Shown: positions 28,169 to 39,100 of the stretch, in pieces
Layout: the number at the start of each line of letters is the position of its first letter
How positions within the stretch are numbered: position 1 is the first letter of the stretch
Origin: a virus
Taxonomy: Duplodnaviria > Caudoviricetes
IMG/VR virus record: IMGVR_UViG_3300009082_000959
Length of the DNA stretch: 64,000 bases
Strand: one strand, 5' to 3'
Notes under the pieces: model-generated
What the model was told of the DNA's origin: nothing
What the model saw: the letters and a program-made list of their open reading frames with translations, nothing else
Database searches by the model: none
Program-made: the position numbers and the translations under genes

Positions 28169-28204
28169 AATTTTTTACATTTAATGTGGAGTTGGAGCAA
28201 GAAA

Positions 28205-29008
28205 ATGAAAATTTGTAGCAAATGTAAAGCAGAAAAAGAAGAAAGTGCGTTCTGTAAAGATAAAAGTAAAAAAGATGGATTAAATTCTTGGTGTAAAGAT
28301 TGCGCTCACCAGAATCGCGAAAAAAACAAAGATGAACGTCGTCCAAAGAGTAAGAAATATTATGAAGAAAATAAAGAGAGTATTTTGGAAAGAAAAAAAA
28401 TTTGGCGCATTAATAACAAAGAAAAAATTGCCGGCCGCGACAAGCAATATCTTGTTGAGCATAGAGAAAAAATTAACGACAAGAATAGGCGTTGGCGCAA
28501 AAATAATCCAGAGAAACTAAAAAAATCAAAAAAACTATATTATGAAAATAACAAAGAAGAAATTTTAGCAAATAGGAAACACAATTACAAAGAAAACAAT
28601 GAAGAAATTAAAAAACAACGAAAATTGTGGGATAAACGAAATAGGAAAAATATTACAGCAAAAGAGAAAGAGCGCAGGAAAAACGATATTAATTATAGAA
28701 TATCATGTAATCTTAGATCTCGTTTAAATAGTGCATTAAAAAATAACCAAAAATCAGGCTCTGCTGTTCGAGACTTGGGTTGCACTATTGCGGAACTTAA
28801 AACTTGGTTAGAGCAACAGTTTCAACCGGGAATGACTTGGGAAAATTATGGTGAGTGGGAAATAGACCATATCCTACCGCTTTCCAAATTTGACTTAGGT
28901 GATAGAAAACAACTTCTTAAAGTCTGTAATTGGTTTAATTTGCAGCCACTTTGGGCAGAAGATAATATAAAAAAGGGTAATAAGGTTGACATTATTGAAA
29001 ATAAATAA
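28205..29008 (+). CDS. HNH homing-type endonuclease, paralog of 20567-21487
   Basis: MKICSKC start at 28205 aligns with the paralog's start and follows GGAG. C-terminal WEIDHILPL...NLQPLWAEDNIKKG. Confidence 0.85.
   Translation: MKICSKCKAEKEESAFCKDKSKKDGLNSWCKDCAHQNREKNKDERRPKSKKYYEENKESILERKKIWRINNKEKIAGRDKQYLVEHREKINDKNRRWRKNNPEKLKKSKKLYYENNKEEILANRKHNYKENNEEIKKQRKLWDKRNRKNITAKEKERRKNDINYRISCNLRSRLNSALKNNQKSGSAVRDLGCTIAELKTWLEQQFQPGMTWENYGEWEIDHILPLSKFDLGDRKQLLKVCNWFNLQPLWAEDNIKKGNKVDIIENK
28313..28672 (+). repeat. 8 tandem 15-aa (45-nt) coding repeats
   Basis: Same repeat type and same start offset (aa 37) as in 20567-21487. Confidence 0.8.
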
Positions 29009-29041
29009 TACTAGTTTAATTATACCAAAAACAGGAATACA

Positions 29042-31018
29042 ATGGTAAATTTTCATTTTATTAAAGACCCACAAGCATTAGCTGTTATAGACGAGATTTT
29101 AGAGTTAGTTGGCCCAAATTTTACAGCACCATATGATGCTGACGCTCAACCATCGGATGGTGTAAAGCGCAATGATGAGAGCTTAACGCAGTTTGATATT
29201 CCTGGTGGAATTACAATTAAAAGCGTACAGAATACACAAATAAACCCAAGTATGGGGTTTGTTATAAGTAGTTTATTGACAATTCTGTCACCAATAATTT
29301 CTGCTTATGGATTTTTGTTACCAATACTGGGCATAATAAAGGCAATAATAGAAATACTATGTTGTTTAATGAATCCATATTGTATTATAGGGGCTGTTAT
29401 AAGGCTTTTTGAAAAATATCTTCCACCATTTATATCTTTGTTTCCACCATCTGCTGGCATTGTGCTGATAAAAAGTGTAATAAAACTTATTTTGGCCCTG
29501 GTATATTATGTTATGACGGAGATTGCTCCAACAATACAACTTATAATAGATAATGTTAAGAAAATAGTGTCTGCTTTCGATAGTAACCCAGTTAATTTAG
29601 CGAGTGCAGAAATAGGAAAACAAAAAATACTTACTATTATTACTGACCTATCAAATAGAATAGGACTATTATCGGTTCTTAAACCAATATTAGAACTAAT
29701 ATTTCTTTTATTGCAATTAATATCCGGAATTCCATGTGGTTCTGGAGAAGCGTCAAGTGAGAGTATGCCAATGCTTGGGGTTTTTGCTCCATCGGTCTTC
29801 GGTGGTGTGGGTTCTCTGTTTAATACTAGTCTTCCTGATACAAATTGTTGTAATACATCACAGTGCCCAGAAGAACTTGCTGTGCCACCAAGAGGAACTG
29901 GCATGGTCGCCAGAACCTCATATGGTGATGATATACCTAACTTTTCTTGGCAATTAATACCATTAACAGGCCAAACAAATGTTCCAAAATTACGACAGTA
30001 TCTACAAAATCTTAAGTCACAGTTAGACCCACAGCTTGATGAGCCAGTTAGTATTGCGGCACCAATAGGATCTCGCTACGATGCATCACACCTTCGTGTT
30101 AGAATAACTGGGAGACGGGATCAGATTATATGCCTTGAACACGCCGGCGACACAAACGTTAATATCACTGGAGAATCATTTCCAATAACGGATATCCAGG
30201 ATAACGGAGTTATTGTTTTTAGGGGTCTCAGTGGGGTTGTGTTACGGGGAATGGTTGATTATTGTATAGAACCAAATTTTGAGCAACTTATCGCAAACAG
30301 CATTATAGGAGTTGGGTGTCATCCACGTGTAATAGCGGCAAAGGATAAAATTAGAAATCAGTTTGGTGAAATTATGGAACAATCTGCCCTTAACAGATTC
30401 CCAGAGTTAGTTGGTTTTGATACAAGATACAATGAATTATATAAAAAGTTGCAAAATTACATAAATGGGATTAGAAATATAGTAGATAAACCAATAGAGG
30501 ATTTCGATTCTGGGGATGGCCCAGCAATACAGAGCATACAAGACAATATTTTGAGCGATCTTCTAGATTACTCTAAGGATTTAATTTCTGTTTTAAATGT
30601 AATTGTTTCAAGAATGTCAGACGGTGTAATGAGTTTTCTAGAGATTGATAAAAATATAGCGCGCGCGGGTGGCTCTGACTTTGCAATTATAAGAATAACT
30701 CCACGTGATGTATCTGGAACAGCAATAATGAAAAATATGAGAGATAATGTTGTACTAGATGTTCAAATTTTTACAGATTTTGGGACAATAAAAAATAAAC
30801 GATTTGATATTTCGACAGGCTCCACCATTGCCGAAATATCTTCGCCACTACCAGGGACATCATCTATCACCGCCAAGGTTGGTGACAAAATGATATTAGC
30901 GCAATATGGAAGTTCAGACCTAAAAACTGAGACGGTGCGGTTCGTTGCTGATGCAGTTCTTCCAAAGAGACGACATCGTCAAAAATCAACAACTGACATA
31001 GAGCCAGGTAACCGGTAA
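29042..31018 (+). CDS. Tail/baseplate-associated protein with long hydrophobic helical region and C-terminal Ig-like domain
   Basis: aa about 70-230 are very hydrophobic (e.g. FLLPILGIIKAIIEILCCL). C-terminal AIIRITPRD...GTSSITAKVG resembles bacterial Ig (Big_1) folds. Confidence 0.45.
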   Translation: MVNFHFIKDPQALAVIDEILELVGPNFTAPYDADAQPSDGVKRNDESLTQFDIPGGITIKSVQNTQINPSMGFVISSLLTILSPIISAYGFLLPILGIIKAIIEILCCLMNPYCIIGAVIRLFEKYLPPFISLFPPSAGIVLIKSVIKLILALVYYVMTEIAPTIQLIIDNVKKIVSAFDSNPVNLASAEIGKQKILTIITDLSNRIGLLSVLKPILELIFLLLQLISGIPCGSGEASSESMPMLGVFAPSVFGGVGSLFNTSLPDTNCCNTSQCPEELAVPPRGTGMVARTSYGDDIPNFSWQLIPLTGQTNVPKLRQYLQNLKSQLDPQLDEPVSIAAPIGSRYDASHLRVRITGRRDQIICLEHAGDTNVNITGESFPITDIQDNGVIVFRGLSGVVLRGMVDYCIEPNFEQLIANSIIGVGCHPRVIAAKDKIRNQFGEIMEQSALNRFPELVGFDTRYNELYKKLQNYINGIRNIVDKPIEDFDSGDGPAIQSIQDNILSDLLDYSKDLISVLNVIVSRMSDGVMSFLEIDKNIARAGGSDFAIIRITPRDVSGTAIMKNMRDNVVLDVQIFTDFGTIKNKRFDISTGSTIAEISSPLPGTSSITAKVGDKMILAQYGSSDLKTETVRFVADAVLPKRRHRQKSTTDIEPGNR

Positions 31019-32439
31019 TGTCAAATAAAAATAATGACTTTGATTTTGAAAAATTTGCCGTTGATGCAATAAACCAAATAGATGGAATCAGATCCTATTT
31101 CGATCTTGGAACGTCTCTTGGTTCAGAGCAACAATTAAATTCTGGAAGCCCTATATCGACAAAAAACAAACAAAGGGAATCAAGAATAAATGCATTTTAT
31201 AGATTGATTGGGTTACCAGCAGTATTACCAGCAAAAAAAGAGTCCACACAGGAACGTGTGGCGATAATTGACAGACACAATAACGGAAATGTTCATGAAT
31301 CTTTAAGAATGGACACATCTATAGGTGGATTCGAAATTGAAAAATCACTTAAAGAGCGGCAGACCAATTTTACCAGCAAAATCACGCCTAAAGAGATAGA
31401 CACATTTTTAGTAAACAATGTGTCAAAAATATCTGGCAGCGTTACCACAAATGCTTCGGACAAAAGACTTCGTGGACATTTGTTTCCAATGGTTGTTGAT
31501 GGCCGCATTAGGGTTCATCCGGCAAGGAGGCGTATTGCTGGTGCATTTCTTGATAAAGATTCTTATGAAAAACGATGGGAAAAAGACATTTATCCACCGC
31601 CGCTGATAGAGCAAATTTTATACATTCGATTAAAAGGTTCATCTGTCGTGAATTCAGAGAGTCAAAGTTCGCTTGGGTCTATGCCACTAAAAGACCTTAT
31701 TGTTGATTTCAAAAACAGCCTTGATCTTGCACTTAACAGTATTGCTCCGTCATATGAACGGGCTGTGGAAACAGCAAACAAAGTAAAGGCAAGCATAGGA
31801 AGTGACGTAGTTCCAGTTATAGCGAACGTTGCTCACGAAAACCATGATTTGGTTGAACCGGTAGAGCCGAAAAGGTCTGGTCAACTCAATGTGGAACAAG
31901 CACAGGTAGCGGCAAGAAAAGCAATTCAAGAAGCAAAATTATGGTTACTTGGGTTTAATGATACGGATTTTTCACTGGAGACCAAAAATGTGTATTCAAG
32001 TGGATTATTATCGTCATTAATAGAAATACAGGTTCCACGTAATGCAATATCACAAGCAAAACGAATAGAGGATAGGGTAGAGGAAGCGGTTGCAGAGACA
32101 GAATCTCTTTTAAAACAAGCAGTTAGGAGCATTGAGCTTTCGCTTGGATCATTTTCTGGTATTTCTGGAATAGATATATTAGTAACTATTGTTGCTCTTT
32201 TCCAAATAAACGAAGAACATCTTGTTGCACTTTTAAACAAGGATTCCAAAGATAGACTTGAAATTTTAAAGGGAAATTTAGAAAGTTTACAAAAAGCTGC
32301 TAATATTTCTATATATGATGCAGTTAAAGTTTTACAAGATAAAGTATCAGAGTTGATCGACTCTGTTTCAAATTATATTAAAGACACAAGCCTAATAACC
32401 AAGAAAGAACTACAAAATTCACAGGAAACAGAAGAATAA
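31018..32439 (+). CDS. Hypothetical protein, probably baseplate-associated
   Basis: 473 aa, coupled by TAATG overlaps on both sides within the baseplate cluster; no motif recognised. Confidence 0.6.
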   Translation: MSNKNNDFDFEKFAVDAINQIDGIRSYFDLGTSLGSEQQLNSGSPISTKNKQRESRINAFYRLIGLPAVLPAKKESTQERVAIIDRHNNGNVHESLRMDTSIGGFEIEKSLKERQTNFTSKITPKEIDTFLVNNVSKISGSVTTNASDKRLRGHLFPMVVDGRIRVHPARRRIAGAFLDKDSYEKRWEKDIYPPPLIEQILYIRLKGSSVVNSESQSSLGSMPLKDLIVDFKNSLDLALNSIAPSYERAVETANKVKASIGSDVVPVIANVAHENHDLVEPVEPKRSGQLNVEQAQVAARKAIQEAKLWLLGFNDTDFSLETKNVYSSGLLSSLIEIQVPRNAISQAKRIEDRVEEAVAETESLLKQAVRSIELSLGSFSGISGIDILVTIVALFQINEEHLVALLNKDSKDRLEILKGNLESLQKAANISIYDAVKVLQDKVSELIDSVSNYIKDTSLITKKELQNSQETEE

Positions 32440-32864
32440 TGTCATTTGATTTTGCATTGGTTAATAACGACCTAAAAATACAGACAGATGGAACTATGAA
32501 AACGGTAAAGGATACCGAAAAACTACGACAAGATATAGTTAAAATAATAATAACTCAACTTGGATCAAATAGATTTCATTCTTGGTATGGATGTTCGGTT
32601 AGTGACGACATCATAGGTAAAGAATTACCTGTCAATATGATGGAAATGGACATAAAGTCGTCGGTTACACAGTCACTTGATAGACTTCGTGTTTTGCAAA
32701 CACAGCAACTTACCGGCCAAAAAGTTAGTATGGCTGAATTAATACATATAATTGGAGAGGTGGTATCCTATCGTTCTTTAGATGATCCACGAGAAGTAAA
32801 AATTCAAGCAACCGTGTATTCTAAGAGACTCACAGAGATAAGTGAAGAATTTACACTAGTTTAA
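32439..32864 (+). CDS. Baseplate gp25/gpW-like protein
   Basis: 141 aa; EKLRQDIVKIIITQLGSNRFHSWYGC matches the gp25 pattern; directly precedes the J-like gene. Confidence 0.8.
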   Translation: MSFDFALVNNDLKIQTDGTMKTVKDTEKLRQDIVKIIITQLGSNRFHSWYGCSVSDDIIGKELPVNMMEMDIKSSVTQSLDRLRVLQTQQLTGQKVSMAELIHIIGEVVSYRSLDDPREVKIQATVYSKRLTEISEEFTLV

Positions 32865-32876
32865 TCGAGGTTCTGT

Positions 32877-35800
32877 ATGGCTATATTTAAAAGTTTTAAT
32901 GATTTGGTCGTCTCTTATATAGAATACCTTAGGTTGGTACAGCCAGAATTAGATACAAAGCCTGGAACCGTGGCAAGAGATGTATTTATTGATGCACAGG
33001 CACAGCAGCTTGCGAATTTATATTCTCAATTAAAGTCAATAGCTGACCTTCAGTCACTATTCTCCGCCTCAGGCTCTGATATAGATAAGCTTGCATCAAA
33101 TTACGGTGCGAGCAGAATTAGTGGTTCTGCCTCAACAGGAACCGTTGTATTTACCACAAACAATATGGACGTTGACGTACTTATACCAAGAGGATCTGTG
33201 GTTACCGCACGAAATGGCGTTAATTTTGAAACACTTAGTGATACAATACTTAGGTCTGATAGTGCAAACGTTTATCGCGCAAATGCTGTTAGAATGAGAG
33301 CTGATTTGGCTCTGGCTAGTATTACGGATGAGTTTGCTATAGAAACGACAGTGCAAGCTCTTACTTCTGGGATTTCTGGTAATATAGGAAGATTTTATGT
33401 AGTTTCTCATAATATAGACAGCATATCTAATGTTACAAATATTTCATCGTTTTCCGGCGGCAATGATTCGGAGAGTGACGATGAGTTTGTTAATAGAATA
33501 TTAAGCATTTTTTCAGGAAGCAATACTGGAACAGCATTAGGATATTCTACGGCACTAAGTGTTGTTCCTGGCATTTCTGATTCTGAAATTGTTGTCCCAG
33601 GTGATCCACTTCTAATAAGAGACGGAACACAAGTTACAACGAACTCTGTGGGCGAACTAGCTGTGTCTGATCCTGGAAGTGGTGGTAAAGTTGATATATA
33701 TACACTTGGGTCAGATTTGGTAAGCGAAATAGATTCGTTTATATATAATGACAAAAGTGGTAACGACGACCCGATCAATACTATAAATGATTTTATATTA
33801 GGTCAAAAGGGAGAAAGCACTACACTTAATGCTGCCCAGAGACGTGTATCTCTCATATCGGCAGATGACTTGCCATATCAACCAATAGATTCTGTTACTG
33901 GTGTGTCAGGCAGTTCTTCTGGATCAAATTTTATAGAAAAATACACAGATACAGACGGTGCAATAAAGGGAAATTATGAGTTAATAAAAGATACTGGAGA
34001 TTTTGGAGGCAGTCCGTTTGGTTTTGATAAATTGCACTGGATTTCCAATACAATATCGCTAGATGCAGAAGACGTATCCAAGGGTATTTTTAATGGGTCA
34101 GATGGCCTGAGTTTTACTGATATCAGCGGAATATCAGAAATAACACAGGATTATTTGGTAACTAATGAAAACCCAATCCTAAGTTCTTCCTCGAGAAGTT
34201 CTTTGACTTTAAGACACACTCCAATCAGAAGTGTTAGTCGCATTGTCAATCTTACAACAGGTGAGAGATATCTAGTATCAAACCAAAACCCAGATGGTTC
34301 TTCTGGTTCGCTTAATGAAACTGGTAGAATAACTATTACCGGTAGTACTCTTCCCGTCAGCACCGATACATTGCAGGTAGATTATACGTGGGTAAAAAAA
34401 TTCGATAGTAATTTGGATTTTGATAATATATCCTCATACAATTCATTAAGAACCGCACAAGATTCCGTTGATTGGGGATTTGGTAATTTAGTAAAAGACG
34501 AACCGGCCACCATTACTAATACTGGTGGAGTGTTTACTGTTTCGGTATCACATCCAGTGTACAGTGTTATTTCGGTAAACATTTTATCTACGTCAACATC
34601 TATCGTAAATAATGGAACAATAAATGTTGGACAGTTGGTTTCAAATGTTATTGATATACGCAGAGTTTCTGACGGAGCAGAACTATTTAATACAGATTCA
34701 CAGTCCGGCGCACTAACTGGAACAAGCTCGATAATATTACCAACAGATTCCTTAGCTGAAGATGGCGATAGTGCTGTTGTGAGATTCAATTCAGTAGATG
34801 TTTACTCTCCAGATGGATATAGTGGAAGTTTTAACGACGCTACCATAACATTGCCGGATTCTGGCTTAATTACAGGAAACGAGAGTGTTTTAGTGAATTA
34901 CATAGCCGATGTTAATACACTGATATCAGAAAGAGAAATATCTACTCTTCCGGCAATTGGGTATCAGAACACATTCTTGGTTGATGGGTCATATACTGGG
35001 GAACAACCTACATCGAATGTGTTTGGATTATCCGGGAATTATACAAAAAACTTAAGACGCGCAGCAACTAATGTAATCGTTAATGCGACATCTATTCCGG
35101 CAGAGGGTTCAATCGTTGTATCTGGAACGGCACTCAATAAAATAGAGGATGCAATAGTCGTTGTTACATCTGGGTCCGGATATCAAGTTGATTTACGATC
35201 TGCAATACTATCTGATATTAATTCTACATCTGTACCGAACTCTATTGCGATTGCAAGACTTATAAAATTAGAACGGGTTAATGTAAATAGCTCTGGCGTT
35301 ATACAATCGGTTGATAATGTGTATGACACAATTAACTACAAACTTAATGATAATTCATTTGATTTAGATAAATCTTTAAAGAATTCGTCTTTAAATACAA
35401 CATCAGTGGAACTTCCGCGCACGACTGGTAACTCGGATGCAATTTTGGTGACTGGTGACATAGTTAGGGTTTCGTTCTATTATACAAGAACCGGTGTCGT
35501 AGAGCAATTGTTTTATTCTAGGAATGGTGTAAAAATTACAGACAACATATTTTCTTACATAAACAGAATATCTCTTGGGTCTGGGTTTCGAGATGCAACC
35601 GGTACACTTCGCGGAAACATAGAGGTTAAAAATTATAATCAACCAGTTAGCAACACTCCTTATAGTGTAGATTACAATTATATTGCGCCAAAAGAGAATG
35701 AAAGAATAACTATCACATTTAATTACAATGCAATAGTTAATTCTGCAACAAAAGCTATAGAAAATGTTAGACCAATAACTGCCGACGTTCTTGTAAAATC

Positions 35801-36104
35801 TGCAATTGAAAAATCAATTGATGTAAACATAAAAATTGTTCTTTTGTCTGAATATATTTCTCAAGAACAGACGGTTATACAGGACGCAATAGATGTGGTT
35901 ACTAATTTCTTAAACGCAAGTAGTTTGGGAACGACAGTTGATGCATCAGATATAGTTAATGTTTTGTATTCTGTGAGTGGTATAGACCGTGTCAGTATAA
36001 TTAGTTTTAGTACCAATGGGACCGGAAATGTTTTGAGTATAACGGCAAGTAAGAATCAGTATTTAAGTGCAGGAGCCGTTACTATTCAGGCAGAGGTAAG
36101 ATAA
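32877..36104 (+). CDS. Baseplate J/gp6-like wedge protein with large internal insertion
   Basis: DTKPGTVARD, ASTGTVVFT, IPRGSVVT, GGNDSESDDEFVNRI and C-terminal DIVNVLYSVSGIDRV are J-like motifs; about 600 extra aa in the middle. Confidence 0.85.
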   Translation: MAIFKSFNDLVVSYIEYLRLVQPELDTKPGTVARDVFIDAQAQQLANLYSQLKSIADLQSLFSASGSDIDKLASNYGASRISGSASTGTVVFTTNNMDVDVLIPRGSVVTARNGVNFETLSDTILRSDSANVYRANAVRMRADLALASITDEFAIETTVQALTSGISGNIGRFYVVSHNIDSISNVTNISSFSGGNDSESDDEFVNRILSIFSGSNTGTALGYSTALSVVPGISDSEIVVPGDPLLIRDGTQVTTNSVGELAVSDPGSGGKVDIYTLGSDLVSEIDSFIYNDKSGNDDPINTINDFILGQKGESTTLNAAQRRVSLISADDLPYQPIDSVTGVSGSSSGSNFIEKYTDTDGAIKGNYELIKDTGDFGGSPFGFDKLHWISNTISLDAEDVSKGIFNGSDGLSFTDISGISEITQDYLVTNENPILSSSSRSSLTLRHTPIRSVSRIVNLTTGERYLVSNQNPDGSSGSLNETGRITITGSTLPVSTDTLQVDYTWVKKFDSNLDFDNISSYNSLRTAQDSVDWGFGNLVKDEPATITNTGGVFTVSVSHPVYSVISVNILSTSTSIVNNGTINVGQLVSNVIDIRRVSDGAELFNTDSQSGALTGTSSIILPTDSLAEDGDSAVVRFNSVDVYSPDGYSGSFNDATITLPDSGLITGNESVLVNYIADVNTLISEREISTLPAIGYQNTFLVDGSYTGEQPTSNVFGLSGNYTKNLRRAATNVIVNATSIPAEGSIVVSGTALNKIEDAIVVVTSGSGYQVDLRSAILSDINSTSVPNSIAIARLIKLERVNVNSSGVIQSVDNVYDTINYKLNDNSFDLDKSLKNSSLNTTSVELPRTTGNSDAILVTGDIVRVSFYYTRTGVVEQLFYSRNGVKITDNIFSYINRISLGSGFRDATGTLRGNIEVKNYNQPVSNTPYSVDYNYIAPKENERITITFNYNAIVNSATKAIENVRPITADVLVKSAIEKSIDVNIKIVLLSEYISQEQTVIQDAIDVVTNFLNASSLGTTVDASDIVNVLYSVSGIDRVSIISFSTNGTGNVLSITASKNQYLSAGAVTIQAEVR

Positions 36105-39100
36105 ATGACTCTTTCACCAATTAGAACATCTGAACTAACTGTATCAAGTATTAAAATTATTTTTAATGACGATCTTGATACGAATATAGGTGTTGCCAAC
36201 ATATCTATCTATTCAGAAATTGACAGCATTTCTAATCCAGAGGTTAGGTCTGTATCTGTAGAAAATGAACAACTGTCTATAACATTTAGTCCCTTATTCC
36301 CAAAAGTAAAGTATAAAATACTTTTCGTTAGCACGGACACACAGTCATTCCAATCAATTAATGGTGAGCCAATAGTTGAGGATGGTGGAAGAAATTCTCT
36401 ATTTATAGTGAGTCCTGGGGAAACACAAAACACTATAAGGGATAATGTTTTTTCAGATATATCATCGATATACGATATTGATGGCCAAACTACTGTACGA
36501 AGTCTAATAACCACACTTGCCGATGAATTGCAGACATCCTCCGACGCAATCAGCACTACCAAATCTGGTAACTATCTATCTCAACAGGTTATAGATGAAT
36601 TAAAGATTAGAGATGATGGCCCTGTCGATAAGCTAGATAATGGGGGGGCTTTTCAAATATTACGTGTTGCCTCCACCCCAACTGGGTTTAGTAAAAATGG
36701 AACACTGTTATTCAATTCAACCAGGGAACAGACCTTTTCATCAAGAAATGGTATAATAATAAATTCTGCTGTAAGTGATCTTCCGTCTGATCCAATAAGC
36801 TTACAGGAAATAGATGTAATAAATGAAAAAGTTACCGATAACATAGACCTGCCAAATTATTTTAGCGGACTTTTTGTAAAATTATCATATGGTCCAATAA
36901 TTAGGGTTGTATCTGTTGCATTGAAGCGCAACGGTACATACACTGAGTATGATATAGAAAATTTTGGATATACTCTTTTTACAAATTATTATGACACTAG
37001 TTCTGCTTCAACAAATGTGAATATAGGCAATAATGAGTTTGAGCTGTCTTCATCATCTTTAACCGGAAATACTGGTGGGTTTTTAACTCCACAGGCGGGC
37101 GACGAATTATATGTATCCTATACTTACAAAAGACTTGGTAGAAATATAGATGGCGACTCAATTGAATTAAGCAGAGTTAAAAATGTTGTCAGAGAGGCTG
37201 CTCCAGCAATCGTGAACATATTTTCACTAGATTATGCCCCAATAGTTAATTCTTCTGGTATCATATTTGAAACAGGAGGTGTTACGTTTTATAACACGAT
37301 AGCATACGATGGCCATCCAGCACTAACATACGACCACCCAGCATTTATAAGAGAGATACCATATAATCTTTTGCATCTTCCAGAACAAGCCGGAGAGTAT
37401 TCTGTAGATTACTCAAGTGGGAGTGTTATAGTTTATGGCGAGGATGAAACCAACAAAGGAACAGGATTAAATCCACCTGTTGCATCCTATTCTTATAAAC
37501 ACATTTTTGATAACACAATTGACTATACATTCGATAGTGATAATTCATCATTATCATTGAATTCTACAAGGGAAATAGATGGTCTTGATGCAACAATATC
37601 GTTTAATTATGAAGACACATTTGCAGAGGGAACTGATTTCAGGGTGTTATCACATGTTGAAGTTCTTAATGAGAGGATTCTAAATAAACTAACAGGGTCT
37701 TTTGCTCTGGAGACACAAAACTTTCCAATAACAGATGTTTTTAGAATATTCAATGAAACAACTGGTGAGATATACTCGCTAGACAGATTTAATGACACAA
37801 CAGTTTTTTTCAATGGAACACAGGCACCCAGACAAAAGGACATAGTACGTGAAAGAGCTACATTTGTTCGTGTTCCGCAGGAGATTTTACTTATCTCTGA
37901 TGAGCTATCAAACACAATTGGTTTAACTGTTTTTAAAATAAATCTTGAAAATAATGGAATAGCAGATAGTCACGGAACATTTGTTGGTGCTAACTTTGAT
38001 ACATCTGCATTGTTTTCAAATGCAGATGTATTTGTTAGAGAATTCTTTTACGAAGATCGTCTGTTTACTAGTGTTGAAACCAATATAGATAGACTACTAC
38101 AAGTTGGTGACTATTCGATTGACTATAACAATGGAATTATTTATGTTGCCGTATCTGCATCACAGGATTCAAATATAGGCGATGTTACATATTTGCATAA
38201 GAAAATAGATACATCTAATTCAAATATTTTGGGCGTTAACAATATATATAAAAGCAAGTCAGCACTTCAATCGAATGTAGTAAATTATCTTATCGGCGAC
38301 ATATCTGATACAGAAGCGGAGGTTGTTGGTCTCGAACAAATTGGTGAAAGATTTATTAATGGCACTTCGTCTAGGGTGTTGGTTGTTGGTGCACATCAGA
38401 ACGGCGAAGATGGAGTTACCTCTGAGAACATTTTTACCTCAAATGGTGCTATATTTACAGAAGATGATGTCGGTAGATATCTTACTGTTGGGTCGTCTGT
38501 ACAACCACCAGTACAAGAGGTTTTAATAACTGGACTAATTAATATTCATCAAGTACTGGTTTCTCCTGATTTTATCTACTCGGGTGCTGGTAGAGTTTGG
38601 TCTGTTGTTGATTTATCACCAGGATCGCCAAAAACAATAACTCTTGATCACGACATAGTTTCTGTAAATAATATATACACTGTTTCGCAGCTCGGCACGT
38701 TACCATCGTCACTGTTGGATGGGTATTTTGATATAAATCGCGATACTGTAAGCGGAAATGTAATTACTCTTGGTGACGACAATCCGCTAGAGCTTGGTGC
38801 GGCAGTTGTAGTTAGTTATAATTTTGGAAATATTTTTATTGATTATAAGTATTTGCGCGACAATATTATTATATCTTACGAATATGGCAAAAATTCAATA
38901 GATTGGAGTATAAGTAATTCACTATATAGTGGCCAAGAATATTATGTAACCTACAAATACGGCGCATTACGAAATTCTCTTCTATTAAATTTTGGTTCTT
39001 TGACTCAAATACCACAACTTACAAATTTTTCACCAAATCTTAACAGAGAAACATATCGGTCTGTACTGTCGGGAACACTGCAATCATTCATAGAGGGTCC

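Noticed and set aside
28184-28204. Upstream start of the second HNH gene (also 59346 for the GT2-like gene)
   Set aside because: ATG 28205 aligns with the paralog's start and has an RBS; ATG 59397 gives a standard ATGA overlap, whereas 59346 would overlap the DUF4326 gene by 55 nt.
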